DNA of 32,000 nucleotides from Candidatus Iainarchaeum sp. (GTDB lineage Archaea > Iainarchaeota > Iainarchaeia > Iainarchaeales > 0-14-0-20-30-16). Below are positions 1 through 9,559 of the stretch, piece after piece. The stretch is from the NCBI GenBank assembly GCA_028710695.1, contig JAQTTP010000004.1:57102-89101 (forward strand), in the 5' to 3' direction. A model generated the notes under the pieces. The model did no database searches. It was not told the origin of the DNA and saw only the letters and a program-made list of their open reading frames with translations. How positions within the stretch are numbered: the stretch's first letter is position 1; each line of letters starts with the position of its first letter. A program made the position numbers and the translations under genes.

Positions 1-1512
1 TTTTCATTTTCAAGACTTAGGCCAAAAGGAGATGCAGTAAAGAGCACTCAGGGTGTGGCTTCAGGTCCTGTGTCATTTATGAAAGTATTTGACGCCGCAA
101 CAGAAGTTATAAAACAAGGTGGGAAAAGGCGTGGTGCAAATATGGGTGTACTAAGAGTAGATCACCCAGATATTATTGAGTTTATTACTTGTAAACAGCA
201 AGAAGGAAATATTGCAAATTTCAATATTTCAGTAGCAATTACTGATGAGTTTATGGATGCGTTAGATACTAATAGTGAATATGATTTAGTTAACCCTAGA
301 ACCGGCGATGTAGTAAAGAAATCAAGTGCAAAGTCAGTATTTGATTTGATAGTAACTATGGCTTGGAACAATGGTGAGCCAGGAGTAATATTTATTGATG
401 AAGTTAATAGAGGCAATAAAGTACCTAATATGGGGACAATAGAATCAACTAACCCTTGTGGTGAACAGCCTCTGCTTCCATATGAGAGCTGTAATTTGGG
501 ATCTATAAATCTGGCTGCTTTTGTGGAAGATGGAAAAATCCAATGGGATGAACTTAAGAAAGTGGCTGAATTGGGAGTAAGATTTTTAGATGATCTTATT
601 GATATGAATAGGTTTCCAACTGAGACAATTGATCTGATGTCTAAGTCAAGCAGAAAGATTGGGTTGGGGGTAATGGGTTTAGCAGATGTATTTTATCTTT
701 TGAAAATACCATATAATTCTGATGAGGCCTTGTATCTGGCGGATAAAATTATGAAATTCATTGAAGATGCTGCAATAGAATACTCTTCAAAATTGGGCCA
801 AGAAAGAGGAAGCTTCCCTGCTTTTAAAGGAAGTTTATGGGAAAGACAAAGTTATCCTTGTATGAGAAATGCGGCAATAACAACTGTTGCTCCGACAGGA
901 ACTTTAAGTATGATTGCTGATGTATCTTCAGGAATTGAGCCTTTCTTTTCTTTAGTTTATACAAAAACAGTTTTAAGTGGACAAGACTTTGTTTATGTTA
1001 ATAAGTACCTTGAAGAGGAACTGAGAAAAAAAGGATTGTATAATGATGCAATAATTTACAAAATAAAAGACGCAGGATCTTTGCAAGATATTGAAGAAAT
1101 TCCTGAAGACTTAAAAAGGGTTTTTGTTGTTTCAAGTGATATTGCTCCTGAATGGCATATTAGAATGCAGGCAGTATTCCAGAAAAGAGTTCATAGTGCA
1201 GTTTCAAAAACAATAAATATGCAAAATAATGCAACTATTGAAGATGTTTCTAAAGCATATAAGCTTGCTTATGATTTGAAATGTAAAGGTTTGACTATCT
1301 ATAGAGACGGAAGTAGGCAGGTTCAAGTTCTCACAAAAGGGGATAAAAGCCAAAATCAAGAAAAAATTACTGCAAAAGATAACCCTGTTTCAAAGCAAAA
1401 AACAATGGTAGAGATTCCAAAAGATGAGTGCCCAGTTTGTAAAAAGAAAATGGTTGCAAAAGAGGGTTGTTATACCTGTGTTTCTTGCGGATATTCTAAA
1501 TGTAGTATGTAA
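1..1512 (+). CDS. nrdJ: Class II (adenosylcobalamin-dependent) ribonucleotide reductase, C-terminal ~500 aa; the 5' end lies left of the window
   Basis: Frame 1 is open from nt 1 (FSFSRLRPKGDAVKSTQGVASGPVSFM...), so the GTG at 55 is not the true start. The active-site stretch TNPCGEQPLLPYESCNLGSINL, plus TVAPTGTLS, SKTINM and a C-terminal CPVC...CVSC zinc ribbon, are typical of class II RNR. Confidence 0.9.
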   Translation, partial: FSFSRLRPKGDAVKSTQGVASGPVSFMKVFDAATEVIKQGGKRRGANMGVLRVDHPDIIEFITCKQQEGNIANFNISVAITDEFMDALDTNSEYDLVNPRTGDVVKKSSAKSVFDLIVTMAWNNGEPGVIFIDEVNRGNKVPNMGTIESTNPCGEQPLLPYESCNLGSINLAAFVEDGKIQWDELKKVAELGVRFLDDLIDMNRFPTETIDLMSKSSRKIGLGVMGLADVFYLLKIPYNSDEALYLADKIMKFIEDAAIEYSSKLGQERGSFPAFKGSLWERQSYPCMRNAAITTVAPTGTLSMIADVSSGIEPFFSLVYTKTVLSGQDFVYVNKYLEEELRKKGLYNDAIIYKIKDAGSLQDIEEIPEDLKRVFVVSSDIAPEWHIRMQAVFQKRVHSAVSKTINMQNNATIEDVSKAYKLAYDLKCKGLTIYRDGSRQVQVLTKGDKSQNQEKITAKDNPVSKQKTMVEIPKDECPVCKKKMVAKEGCYTCVSCGYSKCSM

Positions 1513-1574
1513 CTGGGCTTGTAAGGAAATGGACTTGTTGTAGTCAGGTATTGCCTGCAGTTTAGTGGTGTAAA

Positions 1575-2057
1575 ATGATAATCTACTATTATGGCACAGG
1601 AAAGGGCAAGACTACTGCTGGGCTTGGTGCTCTTGTGAGGGCGAAAGCATATAACAAAAAGATCCTGTTGATCCAATCCCTAAAAAATAATCCTGTTGAA
1701 AGCAAATTGTTTAATGGGTTTTGCTTTGGTGATTCTTCTTTTATAAACAAAACTCCTGAGAAAAAACATTACTCTTTTGCACAAGATGCTTTTGATTTCT
1801 TTAAAGAGCAGAAGGGTAAGTATGATGTTATAATGTTTGATGAGCTTTCAATTCTTCTACACTATGGCTTGCTTGATGTTGAACAAGTTGTTGAGTCTTT
1901 ATCTGAGTTTGTAGGGCCTGAATACCCTGTTCTGATTATTACTGGACGTTATAAGATAAAGGGTTTAGAAGAAGTTGCAGATATAGTTACTGAAATGAAA
2001 GAAAAGAAACATATTTACAAGAAAGGAATAAAAGCTTTGAAGGGGATTGATTACTAG
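1575..2057 (+). CDS. cobA: ATP:cob(I)alamin (cob(I)yrinic acid a,c-diamide) adenosyltransferase, CobA/CobO/BtuR family
   Basis: Has the P-loop YYGTGKGKTTAGLGALVRA, then DVIMFDELS, VLIITGR and the C-terminal TEMKEKKHIYKKGIKALKGIDY. These are collinear with the BtuR/CobA pattern (GNGKGKTTAA ... DELTY ... VIITGR ... KHAFDAGVKAQMGIDY). A GGTG Shine-Dalgarno site lies about 7 nt upstream. Confidence 0.85.
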   Translation: MIIYYYGTGKGKTTAGLGALVRAKAYNKKILLIQSLKNNPVESKLFNGFCFGDSSFINKTPEKKHYSFAQDAFDFFKEQKGKYDVIMFDELSILLHYGLLDVEQVVESLSEFVGPEYPVLIITGRYKIKGLEEVADIVTEMKEKKHIYKKGIKALKGIDY

Positions 2058-3316
2058 TGAGCAGAATGCTGTCTGGAAAAATATTAATTTTTTTATTATT
2101 GGTTGTGGGACTTTTTTTAAGTGGTTGTGTTACTGATTCAAAGACTTCAAAACCGTCTGATTTTAAATCCGCCATAGAACCACAAAAAATTGGGCCAGAG
2201 TGCGTAGAACTTTTTTTAGGTCATAATAAACAAGATGAAAATAGAATTAATTTTGTGATAGTTGGAATTGATTTTTTTGATCTCGAGGCCGTAAAAATGG
2301 CCGGAGAAAATATATTTGATTTAAATGAACAACACAACGGCCTTTTTTCTAAACAACCTTTTAAATCAAACAAAGAAAAATTTAATGTTTGGTACGTAAC
2401 CGAACTAGGAAATTCAACACAAAGCATTGTACCTGAAGAACATCCGGCTGTTTCGGAGTCGAAAAGGCTATTAAAACTTTGTGATGTAAAAAATAAGGTT
2501 ACTCTTAGTATAATTTATGAAACTCAACCTTATGAACAGCAATTTAAATCTATACTTGAAAACCCAATAATTGCCCCAGTAAATATATTGCTGCCAAAAG
2601 ACAAGGCGGAACTTAAAGAGGGATATATTGGAACGGGGATGCATGAAATTGGTCATGCGTTAAGCAAATTTTTAAAAGATCAATGGCTTGATAAAGACTG
2701 GGACACAACTGCAATAAATGATGAATATTATACTCCTGGTTCTATAAACAAAAAAACAATTTCTGAAGGGAAAACAATAAATTTTGGAAACTGTTATGGT
2801 CAATCTACTTATAATGACTGTTTAGAAAATTCTAAATGGGGTTTTTTGATAGGAAATGGGTGTGGCCAAGACGGAGTAATTGATTGTTTGGCAGGAATAG
2901 AACAAAAATGTGAATCTCTTGAAACAATGTGCAAAAGCAAAAATTGTGAGGATGCAGAAGAAGTAAAACAGATATGTGAGAAATATTTCCCTGAACAGAA
3001 AAATTGTACAATTCAAAATCTTAAAGAGTCTAAGACTTGTAAAGATTTAGTTACTTTCACAGAACCTGCTGGAGCGCAGGAAGTGAACTGCTGGGCGGGC
3101 TGTGGTTCCAGTGATATCTGGAGACCAACATATACCTCTATAATGAGTTATTATCAAGAAGTTGAGAATTTGTCATATGGGCCAGTAAATGAAAGGATTC
3201 TTTGTCTTGCAATAAGGCACGTAACTGGGTCAGTAAGTGATTACTGTAATCAATTATGCTTGGATGGCTGTGAAAAAGGAGAAAAATGTATAAAGGGTGG
3301 CTGTAAAAAAACATAG
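2057..3316 (+). CDS. Secreted or lipid-anchored zinc metallopeptidase, M64 (IgA-peptidase)-like, with a Cys-rich C-terminal region
   Basis: N-terminal signal with a perfect lipobox, LSGC (nt 2117-2128). HEIGH zinc motif at 2642-2656, followed by NDEYY. M64-like N-domain pattern (INFVIVGIDF ... LFSKQPF ... KFNVWYV) and RPTYTSIMS downstream. Start is either the GTG at 2057 (1-nt overlap with the cobA stop) or the ATG at 2066. Confidence 0.6.
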   Translation: MSRMLSGKILIFLLLVVGLFLSGCVTDSKTSKPSDFKSAIEPQKIGPECVELFLGHNKQDENRINFVIVGIDFFDLEAVKMAGENIFDLNEQHNGLFSKQPFKSNKEKFNVWYVTELGNSTQSIVPEEHPAVSESKRLLKLCDVKNKVTLSIIYETQPYEQQFKSILENPIIAPVNILLPKDKAELKEGYIGTGMHEIGHALSKFLKDQWLDKDWDTTAINDEYYTPGSINKKTISEGKTINFGNCYGQSTYNDCLENSKWGFLIGNGCGQDGVIDCLAGIEQKCESLETMCKSKNCEDAEEVKQICEKYFPEQKNCTIQNLKESKTCKDLVTFTEPAGAQEVNCWAGCGSSDIWRPTYTSIMSYYQEVENLSYGPVNERILCLAIRHVTGSVSDYCNQLCLDGCEKGEKCIKGGCKKT

Positions 3317-3321
3317 CGCCC

Positions 3322-4326
3322 TTATTGTTTTTTTAGTAATTTTGTAATTGCTTCCGTTATTTCCTCTATATCTTTTTCAGATAAGTGATTTAAATCAAGA
3401 GTGAAGTCTTTTTGTGGTTTTATCTCTTTAAAGCTAGCTTTGAAGTCATCCACTTCTCTTGGGAGCATCATGTCTTTCTTTGTGTAGATTATTATGAACT
3501 CTTTATTTACTTTTGCTAGAAGTTTTGAAATCAACTTCTTTTGTTTATCTGCATCTTCTGTTAAATCAATTAAGAATATTGCCGCTTTTGCAAGTTTTTC
3601 TAAAGCAATAATTGTTTGCTTTTCAATAATATTTAGTTTTGAGAAGTCTCTAACTAGAAGGCCAGGGGAGTCAATAACCTGGTATTTTTCATATCTTTGT
3701 TCATACAGCCCAACTTGGAGTCTTTTGGTTGTAAATGCATAATCTCTAATTTCTACCTTGCTTCCAGTAATCTTGTTTAAGAATGTGCTTTTTCCAGAAT
3801 TTGGTATTCCTACTAAAACTGCGGTAGGATAATCTTTGAAAGATGGTGCTTTCCTTATTGTCCTTGATGCAATCAGAATGTATGATAAAGATGGGTCAAG
3901 CTTTTTTACGATTGATTGAACTCTTCCGTAAAATTCAGTTCTTAGTTTTGGTGCTGCTTTTAGATTTGTTCTTATCTTTTGGATGTAATTATTTTTCAAA
4001 CTATTAATTAAAAATTTTGTTTTTGCAACATGGCTTAAACTCTTTTTTAAAGTTTCTAAATCGATTTCGTTTAGTAAAAGTTCTTTGTAAACATCCTTTA
4101 GCTTATCAATGTTTGGGAATGGTTTTACAACCCCCTCAAGAGTTGTTTTTACTTCATCTGCAAAATGGTAAATCCTCTTTTTTTCTTTATCAGCAATAAA
4201 AAAGTGCTTTGCAACCCTGTTGTCGTTTTCTATTTTGTCAACTTCGTCTTTTACTTTCTTGATTGCATTGTCTATAATCTCTTTTGCTTTTGGGATATAA
4301 ATAGAATCGTTGTTAGTTTTAGTCAT
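3322..4326 (-). CDS. Nog1-family GTP-binding protein (archaeal NOG1-like GTPase)
   Basis: G1 GIPNSGKST, G2 YAFTTK, G3 DSPG and G4 TKKD motifs, preceded by a helical ~160-aa N-terminal domain as in archaeal Nog1 homologues. Confidence 0.8.
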   Translation of the reverse strand: MTKTNNDSIYIPKAKEIIDNAIKKVKDEVDKIENDNRVAKHFFIADKEKKRIYHFADEVKTTLEGVVKPFPNIDKLKDVYKELLLNEIDLETLKKSLSHVAKTKFLINSLKNNYIQKIRTNLKAAPKLRTEFYGRVQSIVKKLDPSLSYILIASRTIRKAPSFKDYPTAVLVGIPNSGKSTFLNKITGSKVEIRDYAFTTKRLQVGLYEQRYEKYQVIDSPGLLVRDFSKLNIIEKQTIIALEKLAKAAIFLIDLTEDADKQKKLISKLLAKVNKEFIIIYTKKDMMLPREVDDFKASFKEIKPQKDFTLDLNHLSEKDIEEITEAITKLLKKQ

Positions 4327-4431
4327 ACTATAATTAGAACGATAAGGTTTATATAGTTCGTTATATTATATAAATAGTGAACTTTCTGCTCTTTTAGCGG
4401 AGCATAAATAGATATATTAATCAGTCTTGTT

Positions 4432-4438
4432 GGAGGGG
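4432..4438 (+). promoter_or_regulatory. Shine-Dalgarno site (GGAGGGG) for the giant surface-protein gene
   Basis: GGAGGGG lies 6 nt upstream of the GTG at 4445. It sits inside the ORF-track extension that begins at the TTG at 4427, which argues that 4445 is the real start. Confidence 0.5.
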
Positions 4439-4444
4439 AATATT

Positions 4445-7400
4445 GTGAAAGCATATTTTATTGGACTTTTAGGAATCTTTTTTGTTTTATCTGCATCTTG
4501 CCTTTTTTCTGCAAGCATGTGGTATAAATTTGATGATGGCTGGGCAACAGATGGTAACGCCATTCTTAAGGTTTTTGTTGATACTGGTACTGATGGTGTG
4601 GCAAATACAGGTGTAAGTGTTGCTACTACACTAACTCTTGATAGCAATGACTGTGCTTATGCGGCAACAACTGCTGCTTATGCAGATGGTAATTATGCTA
4701 ATTTTAATTTAGACTTAAATTGTGACGGCGTTTTAGATGCAAATGGTGCAGATTTAAATATAGTAATTTCAACTACTACTCCTGCTTTGTCTAAAGACTT
4801 TGAATTCTACCTTCCTGGATTCAAAGATATGGATATTAACTTTGATGTTGGTAGTTTAGATTCAGTGGTAGATATACAAACAGATTATAATCTAGTTTTC
4901 CAACCAATTTTTTATGATGAAAACGGAACAGTAGACTCAAGTTTTGGGGGCCAATTTAAGGTTTATTTATACGACCCAAGCGGAGACTTTGTTGATTCTT
5001 ATGATGCGAATGCAGATAACAATATAATAATTCCAGTAACAGATTTCAATACAGAACCAGGAATGTATAAAATTATGGTTGGTAATGTTACTGCGGATGA
5101 GAATACTGCAGGATATAAAACTTTTGTATTTAATGTAAAATCCTTCAACTTAATTGCTTATGTTCAAAATACTGACGATGAATCAAAAGGAACTTATGGT
5201 ACTGGGGAAGATTTAGAGTTGGTTGTGTTTGCAACTGATATCAATAATACCGGAATTACTTTGAGTAAAATATACTATAAGGCGGATGCGGCAACAAGCT
5301 TTACTACTGTAAGTAGCCCTTCAAAAAAGAATACTATTTCATTAAGTGATTTTAGTGCTGGGCAGCACAATGTGAAGATAATTGGAACATATGGTGACTA
5401 TAATCAAGAAATGAATCTTGGGTTTTATGTTACAGCTTATGCTCCAGAATTTAAGCTAAAGAAGAACGATAATGCCGGAACAAAAGAAAGATTTTCTGGA
5501 GTTTATGCTCCTGCAGGCACAGTAACTTTTTTATTTGGTATTAATGACCTGACAACAGGGCAACCAGAAGATATAAACACTGTTGCAGCATGTAGACTTC
5601 TTTTAGATGGCTTAAAATATGTTGAAGCGGGAAAGAAGAACGAAACAGAAGTATCTGTGAGTGATAATAACATAAGTTATAATTCAACTGAAAAACTGTG
5701 TGAAGTAAGTATGGTTGCTCCATCTACTGAAGACACATATTTGTATGAATTAGATTTAAATGATAATTATAGTGATACTTATGATGCAGTTAATTTGGAT
5801 TCTTCAGAACAAAAGTTAACTACTCAACAGTATGTCATGTTCTTGGACCCTATTGATGCAGAATCTGCTATTGATGCAGATACAGGACAAATTGATAAAA
5901 AAGCAGACAAGTTTGAATTCTTTGATGAGAATATAGCTTATTATTTGAATGTTACAAATTTGGGTGGCGGTTCAGCAAGTGATTTGAATGTTGAAAGTGT
6001 AAATAGTTTGTATATTGTTCATGATGGTACATCAACTGCTTTAAGTGCAAGTGATTATGACTATAATTATGATACAAAATTATTAATAATTGATAAAGAT
6101 GCAACAGCATTAGATGGTGTTGCAGGCAGCTTTGAATTGCAAGCAATATTTGATACAAACTCAAATACTGGTGAGCTAATAGATGTGTTTGGTGCAGGAA
6201 AGAAAAAAACATTTAAGGTTTATGTTGATTTAAATATGGATTCACATGATGGTCCGCCTTATGTTACCCCAGATGAAAATGTTGTATTGTCGGTGACTGT
6301 AAAAAATTCATCAAATCAGACAGTGCCATATGTAACAATAAGTTTGGCAAGAGTTTATGATGTAGAAAATATGGAAGAAGTGAGTTTAGGAAGTTATAGT
6401 GCGGTAACTGATGCTTCAGGAATTGGGTATTTGAATATAGGTTCAGATATAAATACGGGTATGTATGAAGTAACAATAGATGTGAATGATGGAACAAATA
6501 CTGATGAAGGGCATGGATTCTTTATGGTAAAGAACTTCTTTGCATTTGGATTTCCCGGAGATTACCAACAAGGTGGTGCGTTCTTGGAGAACGCTTACTT
6601 GGGTATGGATGAAAATATAGATATAGCTACCTTTGTATTTAGTGGAACTGGTGCAGGATTTGGTGGAACTGAGTTTGCTGCAACTGATACTTATAGCATT
6701 CCAACAGGAACAGCAAAATTATTTTATGAAACAGACGATAGTGTAGGAATGAAATTGATTTATGTGGATATAGTAGACTTAGATACTGATGCAAACTGGA
6801 CAAAAGGGAGTGTAATAGATCCGGGGAGGATGGTAAGAATAACATCTGATGTTAGCTTAACTCCTGGATTCTATGAGGCAGTGTATGATGTAAATTGGAA
6901 TGGAACAATAGATACAGCAATTGCTCCATTTGCAATACAAGGTTTTGGATTACAAGTTTGTAATTATAATGCGGGTGGATCAGTAAGTTGTGGAGAATCA
7001 ATGACTGGTGGTGGTCAAGATCTAAAGGGTGCCCCTGACTCAAACGTTTTATGGGTTTTAAATGGTGCATCAAGTGGGGATGTTTCTCTTACAATATCAT
7101 TAGTAGATATGAAAACATTCTCTGAAGTAAGTGGGGCAGATGACCTGAATTTCTTTTTAGATAATGGAATTAATTATGATGGAAACCAGATGAACGATAT
7201 AAATTTTAATTTTAGTTCTAATGCGCAGGATAACAATAGTTATGGGGATTTTAATGTTTTGGTATATATTCCTCCTGGAACTGATTTAGGGGAATATGAA
7301 CTGAGATTTGACTTTTTGAAAGCGGGAGTTCATACAATTTATTCTAGATCGATAACTGTAAAGCAATTCATTATTTCTATGATTTCTGATCAATCAGGTT

Positions 7401-9547
7401 CAAGAGAAATGGGATACATCCAAGATTGGGAAAATGGTGGTTTTGACCATAATATTTCAAATACAAGTTCTTGGAACCTGCCTACTTTTTGTGATGGTAA
7501 TAACTTTGAAACCGGAGATATAACTTATGGTTACTTCTACTATCCTGGGCAAGGAAGTGGTGATTTCAATTATGCCGCTTTAGTGGATCTTACTGATAAC
7601 GAGGTGTTTATTGACTTAGACCAAGATTGTAACTTTGTTGATGATAATTTCAGTATTACTCCAAATGACAAAAATATAATTTCCGCTTTGATTGACGGAA
7701 ATGGAAACGCGCCAATGATAACTAATGTAACCCTTACTGGAGTAAAATATATGGAAGTTACTGGTGATATTGTTGTGGCCAGACAAACAACTAATAATTG
7801 GGCCGGAGAATATGACGTAGATAGAAATATCATAATTCCAATAAATATAAGTGATATTTCTGGAAACTATTTGCAAAATGTAAGTGTAACAGTAAATAAA
7901 GTAAAAAAGATAGATTTCTTGAACAAACAGATGGAAACTCTTTCAAGTGGATATACTGTATATAATGATAATAATACAGATCCATACGGAATGGTATTCT
8001 TGAAGATGAATTTAGAGGAAACTGGAGAATACCAATTGGAATTAGTAATTGAAGATGCAAATGGAAATAAAGAAAAACTAATGCCTTGGGAAGGACCAAT
8101 ATTCCAAGTTAAGAAGTTTTCTAGTAAGTCTGGATTTGTAAGGGCAGCAAGATACGATGAAAATGTATTGACTATAGACTTGAATGAAAATCCATATACC
8201 TATTGGCAAGGTGGGAATGTTAATCAAGCGGAATACCTAGGAATCTTTAGAGAATCAGAAAGAGATTATGATCTAGATAGTGATGGTAGTAAAGACAAGA
8301 ACTATTACTTCTATTATCCGTATCTAGATGGTGTTTATGTTGTTGATGATGACCTAAACAATACAGAGTATCCTAATGAAGTAAATGGTCTAAGACCAGA
8401 GAATCTGTCTACTTTGTGGCCAACATGTTTGGGTGATTATAATGCAACTCGTCAACAAAATGATTGTAATACAGATTCTATAATGGTATCAAGTATAACC
8501 GAAGATACAGTTCTGACTACAAACTTAATGTCACATCAAAACAAGAATTGGTCTTTTGAGGATTATAATGTAGACGACTTTGGTAGACCTCTTTTGTGGA
8601 CTACTATGGCTAACCCATTGGATACTAATATTATGGATAACACGTTTGGAACAAATAGTGGAAATCCAGGTCCTGGTGTTATGGATGGTAGTAGAGCAAT
8701 GAGAATGGATGGAAATATATGGACTACACTTCAAAATCCTGTATTTGTGTATGCAAACCAAAATGATACTATGGATATAAACATTTGTGCTGTGTCTCAA
8801 ACAGGAGGTCTTTTGAAGACAAGATTCTATTATTTGCCTGGTGGGGCATCTGATGGAAATTATTATTATAATTTTGACACAAATGTATGGGATGCAAATA
8901 TTGCAGATCCTACTTCTGGAGACTATGACTTCAATATGACTGTTGCTGGTCCTGCATGGCAATGTTTCACAACAGACATAAATACAGGGGCAATGGAGAT
9001 GATTAATATTGTTATTGCTGGAGATGATAATTCAAGCCATGTATTTTTGGTTGATGCTGTTCAAATGGATCTTAATTTGATAGGAAGAACAGTGAACATA
9101 TATAATAAAACCAATTATAGGGCGCCATCAACAGCAATAATTGCTGATTCAGATTTGACTGCTTCAGATTATGCAATGTGGGCAAATTCAGATCTGAATG
9201 GTACAACTGGTAGTGTAAATCACTACTATGAAGTATCATTTACTGATAGATTAAATCAGGATGTTAATATAGTTGATGCAAATGTATCCTCAATGTTAAT
9301 TAAGAAAAACACTTGTGCCACAACCTGGGGGAATGACGATATGACTCTGAAAGGAAAATATTCTGGAAGCAGAATTGGAAGCACAGACTTTTGGGCATTT
9401 AACTTTGGAGACTTGGGTACAGGTATTGGAGATACTAACTGCTTGAGATATGAAGTAAGAACAGATATTTCCGCATTAGTTGGGGCTTCAACTTATAAAG
9501 ACTCTACTTGGAGTAGCTTCTACATAAGTAATAACGAGGGGAGTTAG
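4445..9547 (+). CDS. Giant secreted surface protein (about 1,700 aa): repeated beta-sandwich modules plus a C-terminal jelly-roll (CBM4_9-like) region; no membrane anchor
   Basis: Single uninterrupted ORF (track: 4427..9547; the SD-supported GTG is at 4445). N-terminal hydrophobic signal (AYFIGLLGIFFVLSASCLF). N/D/T/G-rich composition with many N-x-S/T sequons. Recurrent G-x-Y...F-x-V-K-x-F module ends. The C-terminus (...SSFYISNNEGS) has no hydrophobic segment. Confidence 0.85.
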   Translation: MKAYFIGLLGIFFVLSASCLFSASMWYKFDDGWATDGNAILKVFVDTGTDGVANTGVSVATTLTLDSNDCAYAATTAAYADGNYANFNLDLNCDGVLDANGADLNIVISTTTPALSKDFEFYLPGFKDMDINFDVGSLDSVVDIQTDYNLVFQPIFYDENGTVDSSFGGQFKVYLYDPSGDFVDSYDANADNNIIIPVTDFNTEPGMYKIMVGNVTADENTAGYKTFVFNVKSFNLIAYVQNTDDESKGTYGTGEDLELVVFATDINNTGITLSKIYYKADAATSFTTVSSPSKKNTISLSDFSAGQHNVKIIGTYGDYNQEMNLGFYVTAYAPEFKLKKNDNAGTKERFSGVYAPAGTVTFLFGINDLTTGQPEDINTVAACRLLLDGLKYVEAGKKNETEVSVSDNNISYNSTEKLCEVSMVAPSTEDTYLYELDLNDNYSDTYDAVNLDSSEQKLTTQQYVMFLDPIDAESAIDADTGQIDKKADKFEFFDENIAYYLNVTNLGGGSASDLNVESVNSLYIVHDGTSTALSASDYDYNYDTKLLIIDKDATALDGVAGSFELQAIFDTNSNTGELIDVFGAGKKKTFKVYVDLNMDSHDGPPYVTPDENVVLSVTVKNSSNQTVPYVTISLARVYDVENMEEVSLGSYSAVTDASGIGYLNIGSDINTGMYEVTIDVNDGTNTDEGHGFFMVKNFFAFGFPGDYQQGGAFLENAYLGMDENIDIATFVFSGTGAGFGGTEFAATDTYSIPTGTAKLFYETDDSVGMKLIYVDIVDLDTDANWTKGSVIDPGRMVRITSDVSLTPGFYEAVYDVNWNGTIDTAIAPFAIQGFGLQVCNYNAGGSVSCGESMTGGGQDLKGAPDSNVLWVLNGASSGDVSLTISLVDMKTFSEVSGADDLNFFLDNGINYDGNQMNDINFNFSSNAQDNNSYGDFNVLVYIPPGTDLGEYELRFDFLKAGVHTIYSRSITVKQFIISMISDQSGSREMGYIQDWENGGFDHNISNTSSWNLPTFCDGNNFETGDITYGYFYYPGQGSGDFNYAALVDLTDNEVFIDLDQDCNFVDDNFSITPNDKNIISALIDGNGNAPMITNVTLTGVKYMEVTGDIVVARQTTNNWAGEYDVDRNIIIPINISDISGNYLQNVSVTVNKVKKIDFLNKQMETLSSGYTVYNDNNTDPYGMVFLKMNLEETGEYQLELVIEDANGNKEKLMPWEGPIFQVKKFSSKSGFVRAARYDENVLTIDLNENPYTYWQGGNVNQAEYLGIFRESERDYDLDSDGSKDKNYYFYYPYLDGVYVVDDDLNNTEYPNEVNGLRPENLSTLWPTCLGDYNATRQQNDCNTDSIMVSSITEDTVLTTNLMSHQNKNWSFEDYNVDDFGRPLLWTTMANPLDTNIMDNTFGTNSGNPGPGVMDGSRAMRMDGNIWTTLQNPVFVYANQNDTMDINICAVSQTGGLLKTRFYYLPGGASDGNYYYNFDTNVWDANIADPTSGDYDFNMTVAGPAWQCFTTDINTGAMEMINIVIAGDDNSSHVFLVDAVQMDLNLIGRTVNIYNKTNYRAPSTAIIADSDLTASDYAMWANSDLNGTTGSVNHYYEVSFTDRLNQDVNIVDANVSSMLIKKNTCATTWGNDDMTLKGKYSGSRIGSTDFWAFNFGDLGTGIGDTNCLRYEVRTDISALVGASTYKDSTWSSFYISNNEGS

Positions 9548-9559
9548 AGGTGATATGAA

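Noticed and set aside
1-1512. Intein in the class II RNR (common in archaeal nrdJ)
   Set aside because: The visible ~500 aa are collinear with the RNR catalytic and C-terminal regions, with no inserted Hint/endonuclease block. An intein further upstream, outside the window, cannot be excluded.
5541-8962. Series of minus-strand ORFs (60-143 aa) inside the giant gene (5541..5723, 5952..6212, 6264..6497, 6639..6845, 6852..7073, 7570..7876, 7830..8099, 8531..8962)
   Set aside because: All lie antisense to one continuous 1,706-codon ORF. Their H/L/Q/Y-rich, low-complexity translations are what the reverse complement of an N/D/T/G-rich gene produces. None has a start context or recognisable motifs.
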